A stretch of DNA of 64,000 nt, from positions 36,984 to 100,983 of IMG/VR virus record IMGVR_UViG_3300032292_000698; one strand, 5' to 3'. Source of the DNA: a virus. Lineage: Duplodnaviria; Caudoviricetes. How positions within the stretch are numbered: position 1 is the stretch's first letter; every line of letters begins with the position of its first letter. The notes under the pieces were generated by a model. The model was not told where the DNA came from. It did no database searches and saw only the letters and a program-made list of their open reading frames with translations. Shown in pieces: positions 40,131-50,889 of this stretch. The position numbers and the translations under genes are program-made.

Positions 40131-41468
40131 TTAAGAACTTACCGATTTCATCTCATGATAATTGGTTCCAAAATAACACTTCGTAGGAAATCCCTGATTT
40201 TCCATCAATTCTGTGATGGTCTTTATTATCTCTTTTCCTTCAGGCTTATACACATCATACAACACCGAATCATAAGTATACAATATCGGTTTGGTTTGTT
40301 TGTCCGTCAAATGCCGATTAACATCCATCAAACTCTTGATCGAATATTCAGTTTCAGACGCTTGAAGAATGTAATTGAACAACTTGTTTGGCGTTGCATC
40401 CTTCAAATGATTCGACGTAATCGGACGTTTGAAAATCGGTGTCTCAATGTAGTTGAAATCGTTGAAGAATTCCCACCTATGATTGATGTATTCCAAGATC
40501 TTCGTAAAATACGGAATTTTTACGTATTCTGGAGAAATTGTACCGTATAACTGCTGGAATGTCAGGGTCTTTGACCGTTTTACCTGATCTTCAGATGGAT
40601 CTTCAGTTTTGAAGTAATATCGTGCCAAATACTCGTAAATATTGACCCCCTCCGGAAAGTTATATTTGATCAACTTACCAATAATGTGCGGATGATACGC
40701 ACTATAATCCAACATCACCAACAACCCATCACTGCCAAACCTAGACACAAAACTCTTACGACATTCGTTTTCCTTGTTCAATGCAGAATAGTTGATTCCA
40801 CCAAAACGATTGCTGGGTCTTCCAGTTGAAGTAAAAATGTTGTATTCAGTATAAACCTTGTTGTTTACCACCAAATGTTTCTTGTCTGGAAAGTGTTTTT
40901 TAAACTCTTCCATGTTAACCTGTAACCCATTAACTTCAATCTGTTGAAGAGTTTCAATGATTGACCCGTTCAGTTCAAAATACGAATCCTCATACGTTTT
41001 CTTGATATGTGGTTCCATATCCTCACACATATCATCAAATCTGGATATGTGATTGTTGCTTGGAATGATTTTGTTGCTCTCAATATGAGTGGTGTATTTG
41101 TTTTTGAAGAACGAATGAGCCGCTGTGTCATATTCATCTTGTTCGATGATCTCACCCGTTTCCATGAACATAACCAAACACAGATCATACAATTTATTGA
41201 CGTTCAATTGATGAAGAACCTTGCGTTTAGAAAAACAAAAGATACGGTTCTTGAGTTTGTTTAAAAACTTGCTTACCATCGATTTTGTATAAAACACAGA
41301 CGAATCATAAGTGTCAATATGAATTGTACACACACGATCCACACCAACAGCTTTGATCATCACCAAACACGGTTCAACTGAAGCAGGATGATGACTATCG
41401 GACAACGGCACCACATCAAGAATGATGTCTTTTAGGCCAATAACGTGTTTGATTTCATCCAAGGTCAT
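40131..41468 (-). CDS. divergent family-A DNA polymerase (polymerase domain)
   Basis: TSTGRPS, motif A LDYSAYHP, motif B SKTLTFQQLYG, NYILQASE and motif C YTYDS. Confidence 0.85.
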   Translation of the reverse strand: MTLDEIKHVIGLKDIILDVVPLSDSHHPASVEPCLVMIKAVGVDRVCTIHIDTYDSSVFYTKSMVSKFLNKLKNRIFCFSKRKVLHQLNVNKLYDLCLVMFMETGEIIEQDEYDTAAHSFFKNKYTTHIESNKIIPSNNHISRFDDMCEDMEPHIKKTYEDSYFELNGSIIETLQQIEVNGLQVNMEEFKKHFPDKKHLVVNNKVYTEYNIFTSTGRPSNRFGGINYSALNKENECRKSFVSRFGSDGLLVMLDYSAYHPHIIGKLIKYNFPEGVNIYEYLARYYFKTEDPSEDQVKRSKTLTFQQLYGTISPEYVKIPYFTKILEYINHRWEFFNDFNYIETPIFKRPITSNHLKDATPNKLFNYILQASETEYSIKSLMDVNRHLTDKQTKPILYTYDSVLYDVYKPEGKEIIKTITELMENQGFPTKCYFGTNYHEMKSVSS

Positions 41469-41477
41469 TTGGATGTA

Positions 41478-41506
41478 ACTATAGACTGTGACCTCCTATA
41501 AGTCAA
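41478..41506 (-). promoter_or_regulatory. sigma70-like promoter (near-leaderless)
   Basis: TTGACT-17-TATAGT, 9 nt before the ATG. Confidence 0.75.
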
Positions 41507-41507
41507 A

Positions 41508-41888
41508 TTATGATTGCCTAAACCCCAATAAATAATTTCCACCGATCTTCTGGGTCAATCCTGGCATATCTTTCTCAGCCAACTTGATTTGTTTTTGATT
41601 GTACTCAAAAGCACCTTCCTGAACCACTCTTCCGTTTTTGACCTGATTTCTTTCAAATCCAGAAACTTGCCAACTAACACTGACTTTTTGGTAGATGTTT
41701 CCGGGTAGGTTTTTGAAGTTGTCACCTTCCACTTCCAAGACATCGTTGTCGTTGATCTTCTTTGCAAAAAATCGACGGGTGTAAGGAATAGAATAATCTA
41801 CGTCTTTGTTAGAAAACAAATACGCACGTGGAAATACTGGAGGTATGTTGTCTCCTGCTAAACTGATATACTTGTCAAGATTAATCAT
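41508..41888 (-). CDS. hypothetical protein (tail module)
   Basis: RRFFAKKIND..VLEV and W...G. ATGA-coupled to the upstream baseplate gene. Confidence 0.65.
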   Translation of the reverse strand: MINLDKYISLAGDNIPPVFPRAYLFSNKDVDYSIPYTRRFFAKKINDNDVLEVEGDNFKNLPGNIYQKVSVSWQVSGFERNQVKNGRVVQEGAFEYNQKQIKLAEKDMPGLTQKIGGNYLLGFRQS

Positions 41889-44341
41889 GTTGAGATATTC
41901 AATCCTTTAGTTGGACGCATTCCAGCAGTAATTGTGGTTGTCCACATACCAGTGTTTTGTAGACTATGTTTTACGTCTTCTACCTGAAACAGAATGTCTT
42001 TATTATATGGTTCAGGTAAATTGTCAATACCAAACACTTGAAATGTCTTCATTCCTGCAATACCCGTCAATGTAATTTCGGCTTTAATTCCCGGTTGTGG
42101 AAATGAATTGATAGAAGAATTTTGCGGATCTTTGTCATTAACCAACAAAGTAAATAAATCTTTTTGCGTCAATACCAATTTTCGAATATATGTCTTTTCA
42201 GCGCCACCCTCTTTCTTCACCACACCCACAATAAATGCTCCTGACTTAACGTCACGTTCTTTTTGTATAGTCTCTTGACGTTTCTTATCTTCTCTCTGAC
42301 GTTCCAATTCGGTATTTTGTTTTGCTTTTAATACCGCCTCTTTGTCTTTTGGTGTCAAATAAGACGCATCATTTGTAAGTTTGAAAAATCTATCTCTGGT
42401 AACAAACCCAAACGGATTCTTCATCGGAACCGATGTTTGATTGTCCTTTGGTGAATTATACAAAACCGTTGTAGCAACTTTATCACTTAGTTTGACACTG
42501 AAGTTTAAAGATTGTATGTTGTTTCTGCTTGCTCGATTTTTGAAAGAGTAAATATATGGACGGTTATTAGAGTTTAACTCTTGAAGACGTTTCAAGCTAA
42601 AAGACTCAGTATCAATGATGGACAACAATGAATTAGAAGGTCCATATTGAATCAAACTAAACTTCCACATTCCATTTACGGCTTCTGATAATTTATTCAG
42701 AACAAAATTCAAAATGTCAGTCACAGTTTCAGACTTTTCAACTGCTTTGATAATCACATCCTTGTGAATATACAAGTTTTCCAACTTACCCAAATTATAG
42801 TCATATTGTTTTGCTGGAAATTCTACATCACCCGGATCTTTTCCAGAATATCTGATTCTGAAGTAATTAACAATCTCATTAAGATCCTGACGTGTTGTTG
42901 AATTAAACACTGATTGCAATGTTTTATCCGCTTCACTAATTGCCGCTGGATCTTTGCCATCTTTTTGCGTATCTGGAGTTGTATAGTTGGTAGACTTTCC
43001 ACGATCTTCAACTGATGGAGAAATGTTTGGTGCTTGTGAATTTGGTATCAACAATATTTTTCCGTCGGTACTAATCAAATTTTTATGTCCACCAATCCAC
43101 GATGATGAAATATCAATTTGGTTGAATGTTGCACCAACCTTTGTTGCTTCGGCTGCGCAAAACTTGTTGATAATATCAACGAACAATCCCATCGTGATCC
43201 AAAAATCATCTGTGGCTCCAGAGTCAAAACTATACTTGGTCACATTATCAACTTTGGTGCGTGGATCATTTGAGGTATCAAGATTACGAGGAATGAATAC
43301 TCTTGTTTCTGGCCCTGGCCATCCGGGTATTGGAAACAGTGAATCGTTGGAATTAAGTCCGGTCAACACTGTTTTTGGCAACGATTTAAAATCATTGGCA
43401 ATATACTCTTTTAGAGGTTTGACTGGTTCTGGTTTTTTATTACCTTTGTTGTCGGCTGGCGATGCTGACGCAATAGCATTGCTTCGTGTTTGTACGCCAC
43501 TGTAAATAAAGCTGTTGCTCTTGATTTCCGTTGTACAATCATACGATCCATCTGCCTGTAATGAATAGTCAAATGACGTAACAATACCGCATGTCAATTC
43601 ATAAGTACCTTTACCTTTTTCCACCAACAACTGTTGTTGAAGAGGATCGGTATAAATACCTAACAATCCAGTTCCTTCTGTTTTACGTGGATCGTTTGGA
43701 TCGCCACTTGGACCGGGAGTTTTATCATCAGCAGAATCTTTCATTTTTGCTGGTTGTCCAATATCGTTAAGATCCAACAAACACTCGGGGTTATAGTGAT
43801 TCCATCCCCATTCAATAAACATTGAAACGCCCGGAGACATAAAATATGGAGTCATGTAATTCAAATGATCCTTTGAAAAACATTTCCACTTGATTGTCAC
43901 CTGTCTATACATCGACTTTTGCATCACCGCATCAATGCTGATAATGCCTGGCGGAGGAACGTGTTTGTTAATGGCGTTACTATCTATTGTGTACTCATTG
44001 TCAATCTGGTGAGGTTGTCCAGCGGGTGTATAACCAATTACGGTTTGAGTCTTTGAATAGTCTTTTGGATTGACACCGTAGTCTCTGTAAAACCCAGTTG
44101 CACCAGCCATTATAAATCCGGATTTGGATCCATATCTTTCTTCACCAATTCCATTGGAACAAACACGAACCCAACAGCGCATTGGTCCTTTGTAAGTGTT
44201 CCAGTTACCATCTTCATCCCAACTAGCGATAGTGTTGGAAATGAAATTAACACCAACATCACGTTCACGTCGTTCTAACTCTTCACGAACATATTTGGGT
44301 ATTGGCTGAATTTCAAATGGAGCTACAAATCTGGTTGCCAT
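41885..44341 (-). CDS. putative baseplate hub protein
   Basis: 818 aa, following the LysM/gp53-like gene. Motifs PPGIISI, PGVSMFIEWGW and C-terminal LTGIAG...LPEPY..FQV.DVKHSL...WTT. Confidence 0.55.
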   Translation of the reverse strand: MATRFVAPFEIQPIPKYVREELERRERDVGVNFISNTIASWDEDGNWNTYKGPMRCWVRVCSNGIGEERYGSKSGFIMAGATGFYRDYGVNPKDYSKTQTVIGYTPAGQPHQIDNEYTIDSNAINKHVPPPGIISIDAVMQKSMYRQVTIKWKCFSKDHLNYMTPYFMSPGVSMFIEWGWNHYNPECLLDLNDIGQPAKMKDSADDKTPGPSGDPNDPRKTEGTGLLGIYTDPLQQQLLVEKGKGTYELTCGIVTSFDYSLQADGSYDCTTEIKSNSFIYSGVQTRSNAIASASPADNKGNKKPEPVKPLKEYIANDFKSLPKTVLTGLNSNDSLFPIPGWPGPETRVFIPRNLDTSNDPRTKVDNVTKYSFDSGATDDFWITMGLFVDIINKFCAAEATKVGATFNQIDISSSWIGGHKNLISTDGKILLIPNSQAPNISPSVEDRGKSTNYTTPDTQKDGKDPAAISEADKTLQSVFNSTTRQDLNEIVNYFRIRYSGKDPGDVEFPAKQYDYNLGKLENLYIHKDVIIKAVEKSETVTDILNFVLNKLSEAVNGMWKFSLIQYGPSNSLLSIIDTESFSLKRLQELNSNNRPYIYSFKNRASRNNIQSLNFSVKLSDKVATTVLYNSPKDNQTSVPMKNPFGFVTRDRFFKLTNDASYLTPKDKEAVLKAKQNTELERQREDKKRQETIQKERDVKSGAFIVGVVKKEGGAEKTYIRKLVLTQKDLFTLLVNDKDPQNSSINSFPQPGIKAEITLTGIAGMKTFQVFGIDNLPEPYNKDILFQVEDVKHSLQNTGMWTTTITAGMRPTKGLNIST

Positions 44342-44346
44342 AACGG

Positions 44347-44643
44347 TTATGAATTGAGAGACTTATAATTGTTAAGTATGGTGCTCAAATTGGTTGGAAC
44401 ACGTAATTGTATTCCTGCCGGCACTGATAGTTTTCCTTTACCAATGTTATTTGCTTGAGCTAATACCCACCACAACGATGGATTCTTGTAATACTTAAAC
44501 GCAAGATTATCCAAAGTATCAGTTTCGTTTGTCACTACATAAACGTCGGTAGGATCAACAGGAATAATTGGATACAATCGTGTTCCAAAATATCTCTTTC
44601 CATCCCATCTCTTTTTTATGTTGACGGTTGTTTCGTATCTCAT
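44347..44643 (-). CDS. LysM-like baseplate wedge protein (gp53-like)
   Basis: DTLDNLAFKYY.NPSLWWVLAQAN...GIQLRVP. Confidence 0.8.
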   Translation of the reverse strand: MRYETTVNIKKRWDGKRYFGTRLYPIIPVDPTDVYVVTNETDTLDNLAFKYYKNPSLWWVLAQANNIGKGKLSVPAGIQLRVPTNLSTILNNYKSLNS

Positions 44644-44652
44644 ATCAAATAA

Positions 44653-47622
44653 TTATTGCTCTCTTTCGACATTTCGTGAACTAACAATCAATCCCTGAGA
44701 AAATTTATTGTTTGTACCAGCAATAAGTTCTGAGTTGGTTATGTCTCTTGGAGCATGTCCAAAGTTTGCCATACCAGTAACAGGACGTTCCTTGAACAAT
44801 GGTGTCAAGTCAACTGATAGTTCAACCTCTCTTGGAAATTGTGCAACCTTACCCTTGGATCCAGTCCAAGTAATAATGTTGTTCAAATATGACCAATCTT
44901 GTTCAGCATTTTCATGAACCGTTTCCCATGCTGCCGACTCAGGAATAGACAATCCAACACGGTTGATTAGTATTGGCTGTTCTTTATACATATCACCCAA
45001 TGTCAAAAGAACCAATGGAGGAACCGCAAACTGACTGGTGCTATCGTCACTATCACTAGGAACAGATGTATAATTTGCAGGCATTGTCAATCCACACAAA
45101 TAGTTGATTCGTTTCCACATTGGCAACAATTCTTTTACACTGTTGGCAATAACTTTGAAACTGAAACTCAATTGACGTGTAATACCATCATATGTGTACA
45201 ACTTATCAGCACGACCAATATACTTGTAACTTGGCCATTCTGCTTGGAAACTATCATTTATTCCAGTCACAGATGCTCTAAATGGAATGTGTTTTTCATT
45301 TACAATGTCATAGAAATAAAACGCAATCAAATCATCATTGTATGGTTCATATGTATTCCATCCGGATATATCGGTTTCGTCCTCAATGCTTCTGTCTTTG
45401 TTTAATATCGTTAACCGATTCAACCCATCACCTTTGTTTGAACCGGCCATCTTTTTACTACTACGTCTGTCATGTGTTAATCCGTCCAACAATTGTATGT
45501 TGTCTTTGTAATTGTCTGTCAATTTTTTGTTGTCAACATTAACTTTTTTAAGTTTATTGAGACCAAACAAAGTCGTATCAGGACTTGTAAATACACGAGT
45601 GTCAGCATCAGCAAAAACAACCGAATAACCAGTGTTTTTGATTTTTTCTACCAATTTGTTCAGACTCTCCACACGACGTGAATTGATTGGATCTTCTTTT
45701 TTGTTCTGAAGAGTTGCACTAATACGTTCATCAGGAGATCCTGCCAAATCAGTGGTTTCAGTGGCTAGGTTTTTTGATTTGCCGTCTTCTACCTTGGTCA
45801 AGATTTCAGCAAGAACTCCATTTGCGTTGTCGTTCAAAATAAAATTTTGACGATTCTTTGAATAAGTACCATCGACGGTGTACGCAGGTCTCGTTGGATC
45901 TGATCCACGTTCTGGAATTTGATCAATTGTCTTTAACTTAGCTGTATCCGGTGTATCAGTTAATCCAAGATTGGTGTAGATTTTCTTCTTGTTGTCAGTA
46001 ATATCCTTGACAATAGGATCATCTTGCTTTTGTTGAAGAGTTGCGTTGATTGGTTCTCCAATATCATTGACCGATGATGGTACATTTAAGAATTTACCGT
46101 CTTGAAGGTTCTTCTTGAACTCAGACAACACACCGTTTCCACCTTCGTCTTTTCTATTCTTGGAATAGGTACCATCAACGTTGTATGCCGCACGTTTTTC
46201 GTCACCAGATCCTTGACGGGTTGGTATAGATGTAAATGGCTTGACTTCAAATACAGTGGGAACAGATTCAAATCCATACTTTTTGTAAAATGCTTCTTGT
46301 GGTCTTAGAATAATTGGATCATCTGCGTTGGTCAAATCAACCGGTGCAACATCCATCTTAGTCTGAAACGTACTTGTCTTGTCGAGGAACTTTTTATAGT
46401 TCATCAACATGATAGAATGTTTGAAATTGCTAGCAGAATCTTTACGATATGCTTCAATACCAACAGATTTTCCGTATTTTTCAACGTTATCTACGTCTTT
46501 CTGTAGAGCAAATCCGGTAGATCCACCATTGATTGATGGTCCAGACACATCGGTGCCAGAAATCTTCTGTTCACTTCCATCAATAAACTTGATTTTTCTG
46601 TTTTGTGGTGCTTCATTTCCGTTTTTACGGATGTTTTTAGGTCCACCGTCAGAACTTCCAGCAATCCACAACTGTGTTAGTTGGATTTCGGCACCAGTGA
46701 TGACATGATTTTTGGCAAACTTACCCTTAAGATCCGAAATCATCATTCCGTATGCACCTTCATCACCACGATAACCAGTTTTGTCTGGTTGTTTTGATGA
46801 AATCAGTGACGGAAACACTGATGCTGCCATTGACTTGAGAAAACTATTCTTGTTTGCATTACCACCCCAACGAGATGCAAGCGAAGTGTATCCAGAAGAT
46901 GCAGTTTTTCCTCTGATCAAACCCTTACCACCACCCACAGCTTGTTTTGATAGTGGTGAATTATCAGCAGTATCATTGATTCCAGCTCCTACAGTACCCT
47001 TAGGCGATGATTTGCCGTTGTTTACACTGAATCCTACCACACTTGCAAGAGCACCCAAAAGACCACCTGATAAATCAATGTATCTAGTTGTTCTTGGCAA
47101 TAGACCCAGAGTGGTTGGTCTAACAGCACTCAATATAGGCATTGCAGGATTATACAATGTCGTTTCATTGAATGGTTGTAGGTTCTGTAATATTACTTGT
47201 TTGAACAAAAATGCTATACCGTTTCCAGACACGGTAAACTTGGATACTCTGATTACGTCTTGTAATGCAGATCCAAGCGGAAAAAATCGACTATCATACT
47301 TTTTGACAGCGTTCAATCCACTGTTTCCTTCGTTTGGATTGTACCACAAAAATGGCTGTCTAGGACCAAATCTCAAAAGACTATTAGCGTAGTCCGTTTT
47401 TGCAGACAAACGTGTCAAAATCTTTTGATTGTTTGCATCATAAAGTTTTTCAATCTTGTTGGGCGCAGGACCAAGAGGATAATCGGAAGGTACCGTATTG
47501 ATCGGTGGTACCATTCTACGACTATCTTTTGGATCACTACCCGGCGTTGGTGCACTAGACGCGTTATTATATCGTGTTTCTAGTGGAAACGCTATTGAGT
47601 TTCTTTGAATTTGATCTGCCAT
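44653..47622 (-). CDS. baseplate / tail-tube initiator-like protein with internal duplication
   Basis: C-terminal FRASVTGINDSF.AEW..YIGR..YTY....RQLSFSF...PPLVLLTLG tube-like domain. Sits between the tape measure and LysM genes. Confidence 0.6.
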   Translation of the reverse strand: MADQIQRNSIAFPLETRYNNASSAPTPGSDPKDSRRMVPPINTVPSDYPLGPAPNKIEKLYDANNQKILTRLSAKTDYANSLLRFGPRQPFLWYNPNEGNSGLNAVKKYDSRFFPLGSALQDVIRVSKFTVSGNGIAFLFKQVILQNLQPFNETTLYNPAMPILSAVRPTTLGLLPRTTRYIDLSGGLLGALASVVGFSVNNGKSSPKGTVGAGINDTADNSPLSKQAVGGGKGLIRGKTASSGYTSLASRWGGNANKNSFLKSMAASVFPSLISSKQPDKTGYRGDEGAYGMMISDLKGKFAKNHVITGAEIQLTQLWIAGSSDGGPKNIRKNGNEAPQNRKIKFIDGSEQKISGTDVSGPSINGGSTGFALQKDVDNVEKYGKSVGIEAYRKDSASNFKHSIMLMNYKKFLDKTSTFQTKMDVAPVDLTNADDPIILRPQEAFYKKYGFESVPTVFEVKPFTSIPTRQGSGDEKRAAYNVDGTYSKNRKDEGGNGVLSEFKKNLQDGKFLNVPSSVNDIGEPINATLQQKQDDPIVKDITDNKKKIYTNLGLTDTPDTAKLKTIDQIPERGSDPTRPAYTVDGTYSKNRQNFILNDNANGVLAEILTKVEDGKSKNLATETTDLAGSPDERISATLQNKKEDPINSRRVESLNKLVEKIKNTGYSVVFADADTRVFTSPDTTLFGLNKLKKVNVDNKKLTDNYKDNIQLLDGLTHDRRSSKKMAGSNKGDGLNRLTILNKDRSIEDETDISGWNTYEPYNDDLIAFYFYDIVNEKHIPFRASVTGINDSFQAEWPSYKYIGRADKLYTYDGITRQLSFSFKVIANSVKELLPMWKRINYLCGLTMPANYTSVPSDSDDSTSQFAVPPLVLLTLGDMYKEQPILINRVGLSIPESAAWETVHENAEQDWSYLNNIITWTGSKGKVAQFPREVELSVDLTPLFKERPVTGMANFGHAPRDITNSELIAGTNNKFSQGLIVSSRNVEREQ
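45686..46325 (-). repeat. two ~105-aa tandem protein repeats
   Basis: AYNVDGTYSKNR...NGVL...DGK...INATLQ..DDPI versus AYTVDGTYSKNR...NGVL...DGK...ISATLQ..EDPI. Confidence 0.85.
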
Positions 47623-47631
47623 ATTTTATAA

Positions 47632-50600
47632 TTATGAACTTGCAATAGCAAGTTGTTCACTTACTTTTCTGCCATCAAGATTTACTGCGATACCACCGTT
47701 CATCATCAACGAAATTAACGTATCCAACTTTTGATTGGTTTGTTCAATTGCACTAATTACATCACTTGATCCCTCAGCATTGCTAGTAGTAGCTGCTTCA
47801 TCAATTCCTCCGGTATCAACTCCAATTAGTTTGCCAACGATTTTAAATGGAGCAGACAACACTGTCTGAATAAGCGAACCAATTGATGTAAATCCTTTGA
47901 TGACCAAATCAAAGATCGACTGAAATGGATCCATGAAGATTTTCAAAATCATGCCAGCGACACCAAGCAGACCTTCAATGATTCCATTTCCAACCTTTGA
48001 TGAACCACCTCCACTAAACAATCCAGATACAAAGTTCCACAAACTGACCCAAGGTTGAATCAATAAATCATACATTAAAGATCCAAGACCTTTGAGTGCA
48101 CTCATAATGATTGGTCCAATTCCATCAAAAGATTGTATGATAAACATTGGTATAGAGAATATACCAGACAATACGGATTTTAGATTTTCGATGGTGAACA
48201 ACGATTTTAATTTATCAATCACATTTGGGAACATTGCCATTAGAGCCTTGAGTAAAATCATAGGCACCAAATACATTCTCTTTCCAATGTTCAAAAGGTT
48301 TTGACCAATATCTTTTCCAGAAAAAAGTTCTTTGATGCTCTCCCAACCTTTTTGAAAATACCCAAATACGTCAGTAATTGCTGTCTTGATATATGGGAAG
48401 ATTTTTGACACTTGTTGGAACACAACTCCAATCACTGGAATTTTTCCTAGTAGTTCAAACAACATTTCAAATGGTCCAATAAACACATCGTACAACGTTT
48501 CACCGAGTGCTTGAAACACGTTCATTCCACCCATTATTCGTGAAAAGAATCCCCACACAGCTTGAATGATTGTTAATACTTGGCCAACAAATGGTATAGC
48601 TTTGCCGGCTACTGTGAGAATACTAACGATTTTTCCTATTCTTGCAAATCCACTAGCAAATTTACCTACAGTTCCAGCAGCACTTCCAAATAAAGAAGTT
48701 ATGCCTGATATAGGTCCAAGAAGTCCTGTTGCAAAACTACTGATTCGTGAAAATACTGATGCAGTTGTAGTAAAAATAACTTCAATAGTACCAAGTCTGG
48801 TTATTAAAGATACAACTGCTGTTCCGATTCTGGATATAAATGAAAGAACCGAACTAACAGGTCTTACAATTAATCCAAAAATACCACCAATAGAAGATAG
48901 TCTTGATCCCAAAGATCCAACCAAATTAAACACCATTGAAAACGGTTTTAGCAGACCCAATGTGATCGCAGTACTGATTCGGATAAGAATCACTCCCAAA
49001 TCAGTTGCTCCCTGTACAATCGTTTCCACGTAAGAGTTGGCACCATCCAACGCATCATTCAATTTCTGAACGATAGGTTCGATTGGTTCCCACATCTTGT
49101 ACAACGCATTGGCAAGTATTTTGACCGGTATCAACATGAAATTGAACAATACCAATGCCAATTTCAAAACTGGGATCAACAATTTGACCGCTACATTTAC
49201 AACCGGAGTCAAAATGTCAGCCATAATTTGTTTAAATGTTTGGAACGTATTGCTCAACTGAGCCATTGCGCTCTGCATTTGAGTTCTCATCAATAACTGT
49301 TTTCCAGTTTCTTCGTTTTGTTCTTTGAGAGCCTCTTGTGCTTTTTCCAATGACTGTCTTTCTTTGTCACTTAGTTTTGCAAGTTTTTCTTCATTTGCCA
49401 ACATCTTAGTAAGATCAGCAACACTATATCCGGTGGCTTTAGCAAGTGCTTCTTGTTGGAATACATTCATCTTATTCAAGTCACCCATCTGACGAACTTG
49501 ATTTAAGATCTCCTTTTGTGCACCAGCAACATCACCAGCAAATGAAAGTTGACGAGCAGCATTCAAATTCAAATTCTTGCCCAACAACACACTTGCTTCC
49601 ATTTCATCACTGACACTCTGTGTGAAGTTCAACAATCCCTTAGCGGATGCTGCTGATTTATCCAGACTTACACCCATCATTCGGGCTTGTACTGCTGCCA
49701 ACGTCATTTGTTTGACGTTACCTCTCATTAATGTAAGAGTTTCATCTGATGCATTAGCAACATCTCCCATCACTTCGTCAATATTGACCCCCGCAGCATT
49801 TGCAAGGTTAGCGGTAAATCCAGCCATTGCACTGGCCTGTTTATCCGTCATTCCTCCGATTGCATTCATCTTTTGTAGGAATCCGGCTGCATTGGTTTCA
49901 CTTACACCATAATTTGCGGCAAGCAATGTGGTAGTTGTTGCCAATTCTTTATTAACCAACAACGATGTACCAAGAGTTTTACCAATAGCTGTTAATGCCT
50001 TGTAGGCGTTATCAATTGTAACTCCTAAAGTTGCAAATTGTTGATTCAACTGCAATGCGGTTTGTTCCAACGATCTTGCGTTGTCACGTCCCAATCCCAA
50101 TTCTTTTCTGAATGAAGCTGCTGCTTTATCCAACTGAACAAAACGATCAAATCCGTCCTTGAATACCGCAATAAATTCTTTTGCGGTTTTTGCCATCATC
50201 TGTAACTTGGCAAGATTCTCTTCTTGTACTTTCTTTTGTGCTAATAGATCATCACGTTTTTTCTTATTGTTTGCAGCATCTTCAGGTCCAATCTTCTTGG
50301 CTTCATCCAACTTATCTTTTTCCAATTTAATTTGGTCCTCAAGATTTTTTATTGCATCTTCAGAACACTGAGATTTCTTCTTACACAAATCCTTTTCCTT
50401 TGACATTCGGTCTTCAAGGTTTTTGATAACATCATTACCTTTTTGGAGCTGGTCATCATAACCCAACGGAATCTTAGACAGATCTTCTTCAAGTTGTTTG
50501 ACTTTATCACTCGCTGCTTTAATAGGAGAATCAAACATCAAACCAGCCAATGCACCAAACGTTTGTAGCAAATGATCACCACTTTCAACACCGGTATCCA

Positions 50601-50829
50601 TCAATCTTTCAAATGCGTTTATTGGAGCATCAAACGCATCACTGACCAATTTCATTGTGCCTTCCAAGTCGGTTGCCGTCTTGGTCATTGTTATACTAGC
50701 ATTGTTGAACTGCTTTGTGACCTCTTTGACTTTATCAGCATACGTGTCAAACCCTTTGCCACCGCTTTTAAGCATTTTCTGCAAGTCTTCCAAAGACTTT
50801 TTCATTTGGTCTACAGTATCTTGATCCAT
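47632..50829 (-). CDS. tape measure protein
   Basis: 1065 aa with a helical coiled N-half and a hydrophobic G/F/I-rich periodic C-half ending in VNLDGRKV. Lies downstream of the tail chaperone. Confidence 0.85.
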   Translation of the reverse strand: MDQDTVDQMKKSLEDLQKMLKSGGKGFDTYADKVKEVTKQFNNASITMTKTATDLEGTMKLVSDAFDAPINAFERLMDTGVESGDHLLQTFGALAGLMFDSPIKAASDKVKQLEEDLSKIPLGYDDQLQKGNDVIKNLEDRMSKEKDLCKKKSQCSEDAIKNLEDQIKLEKDKLDEAKKIGPEDAANNKKKRDDLLAQKKVQEENLAKLQMMAKTAKEFIAVFKDGFDRFVQLDKAAASFRKELGLGRDNARSLEQTALQLNQQFATLGVTIDNAYKALTAIGKTLGTSLLVNKELATTTTLLAANYGVSETNAAGFLQKMNAIGGMTDKQASAMAGFTANLANAAGVNIDEVMGDVANASDETLTLMRGNVKQMTLAAVQARMMGVSLDKSAASAKGLLNFTQSVSDEMEASVLLGKNLNLNAARQLSFAGDVAGAQKEILNQVRQMGDLNKMNVFQQEALAKATGYSVADLTKMLANEEKLAKLSDKERQSLEKAQEALKEQNEETGKQLLMRTQMQSAMAQLSNTFQTFKQIMADILTPVVNVAVKLLIPVLKLALVLFNFMLIPVKILANALYKMWEPIEPIVQKLNDALDGANSYVETIVQGATDLGVILIRISTAITLGLLKPFSMVFNLVGSLGSRLSSIGGIFGLIVRPVSSVLSFISRIGTAVVSLITRLGTIEVIFTTTASVFSRISSFATGLLGPISGITSLFGSAAGTVGKFASGFARIGKIVSILTVAGKAIPFVGQVLTIIQAVWGFFSRIMGGMNVFQALGETLYDVFIGPFEMLFELLGKIPVIGVVFQQVSKIFPYIKTAITDVFGYFQKGWESIKELFSGKDIGQNLLNIGKRMYLVPMILLKALMAMFPNVIDKLKSLFTIENLKSVLSGIFSIPMFIIQSFDGIGPIIMSALKGLGSLMYDLLIQPWVSLWNFVSGLFSGGGSSKVGNGIIEGLLGVAGMILKIFMDPFQSIFDLVIKGFTSIGSLIQTVLSAPFKIVGKLIGVDTGGIDEAATTSNAEGSSDVISAIEQTNQKLDTLISLMMNGGIAVNLDGRKVSEQLAIASS

Positions 50830-50889
50830 AAAAATCTAATGTACCCTATAAATATAAAATCTATTGGGTTATTGTTCGATTTTTAACGG

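Noticed and set aside
41490-41497. AGGAGG Shine-Dalgarno for polA
   Set aside because: It lies more than 20 nt from the ATG, inside the -35/-10 spacer.
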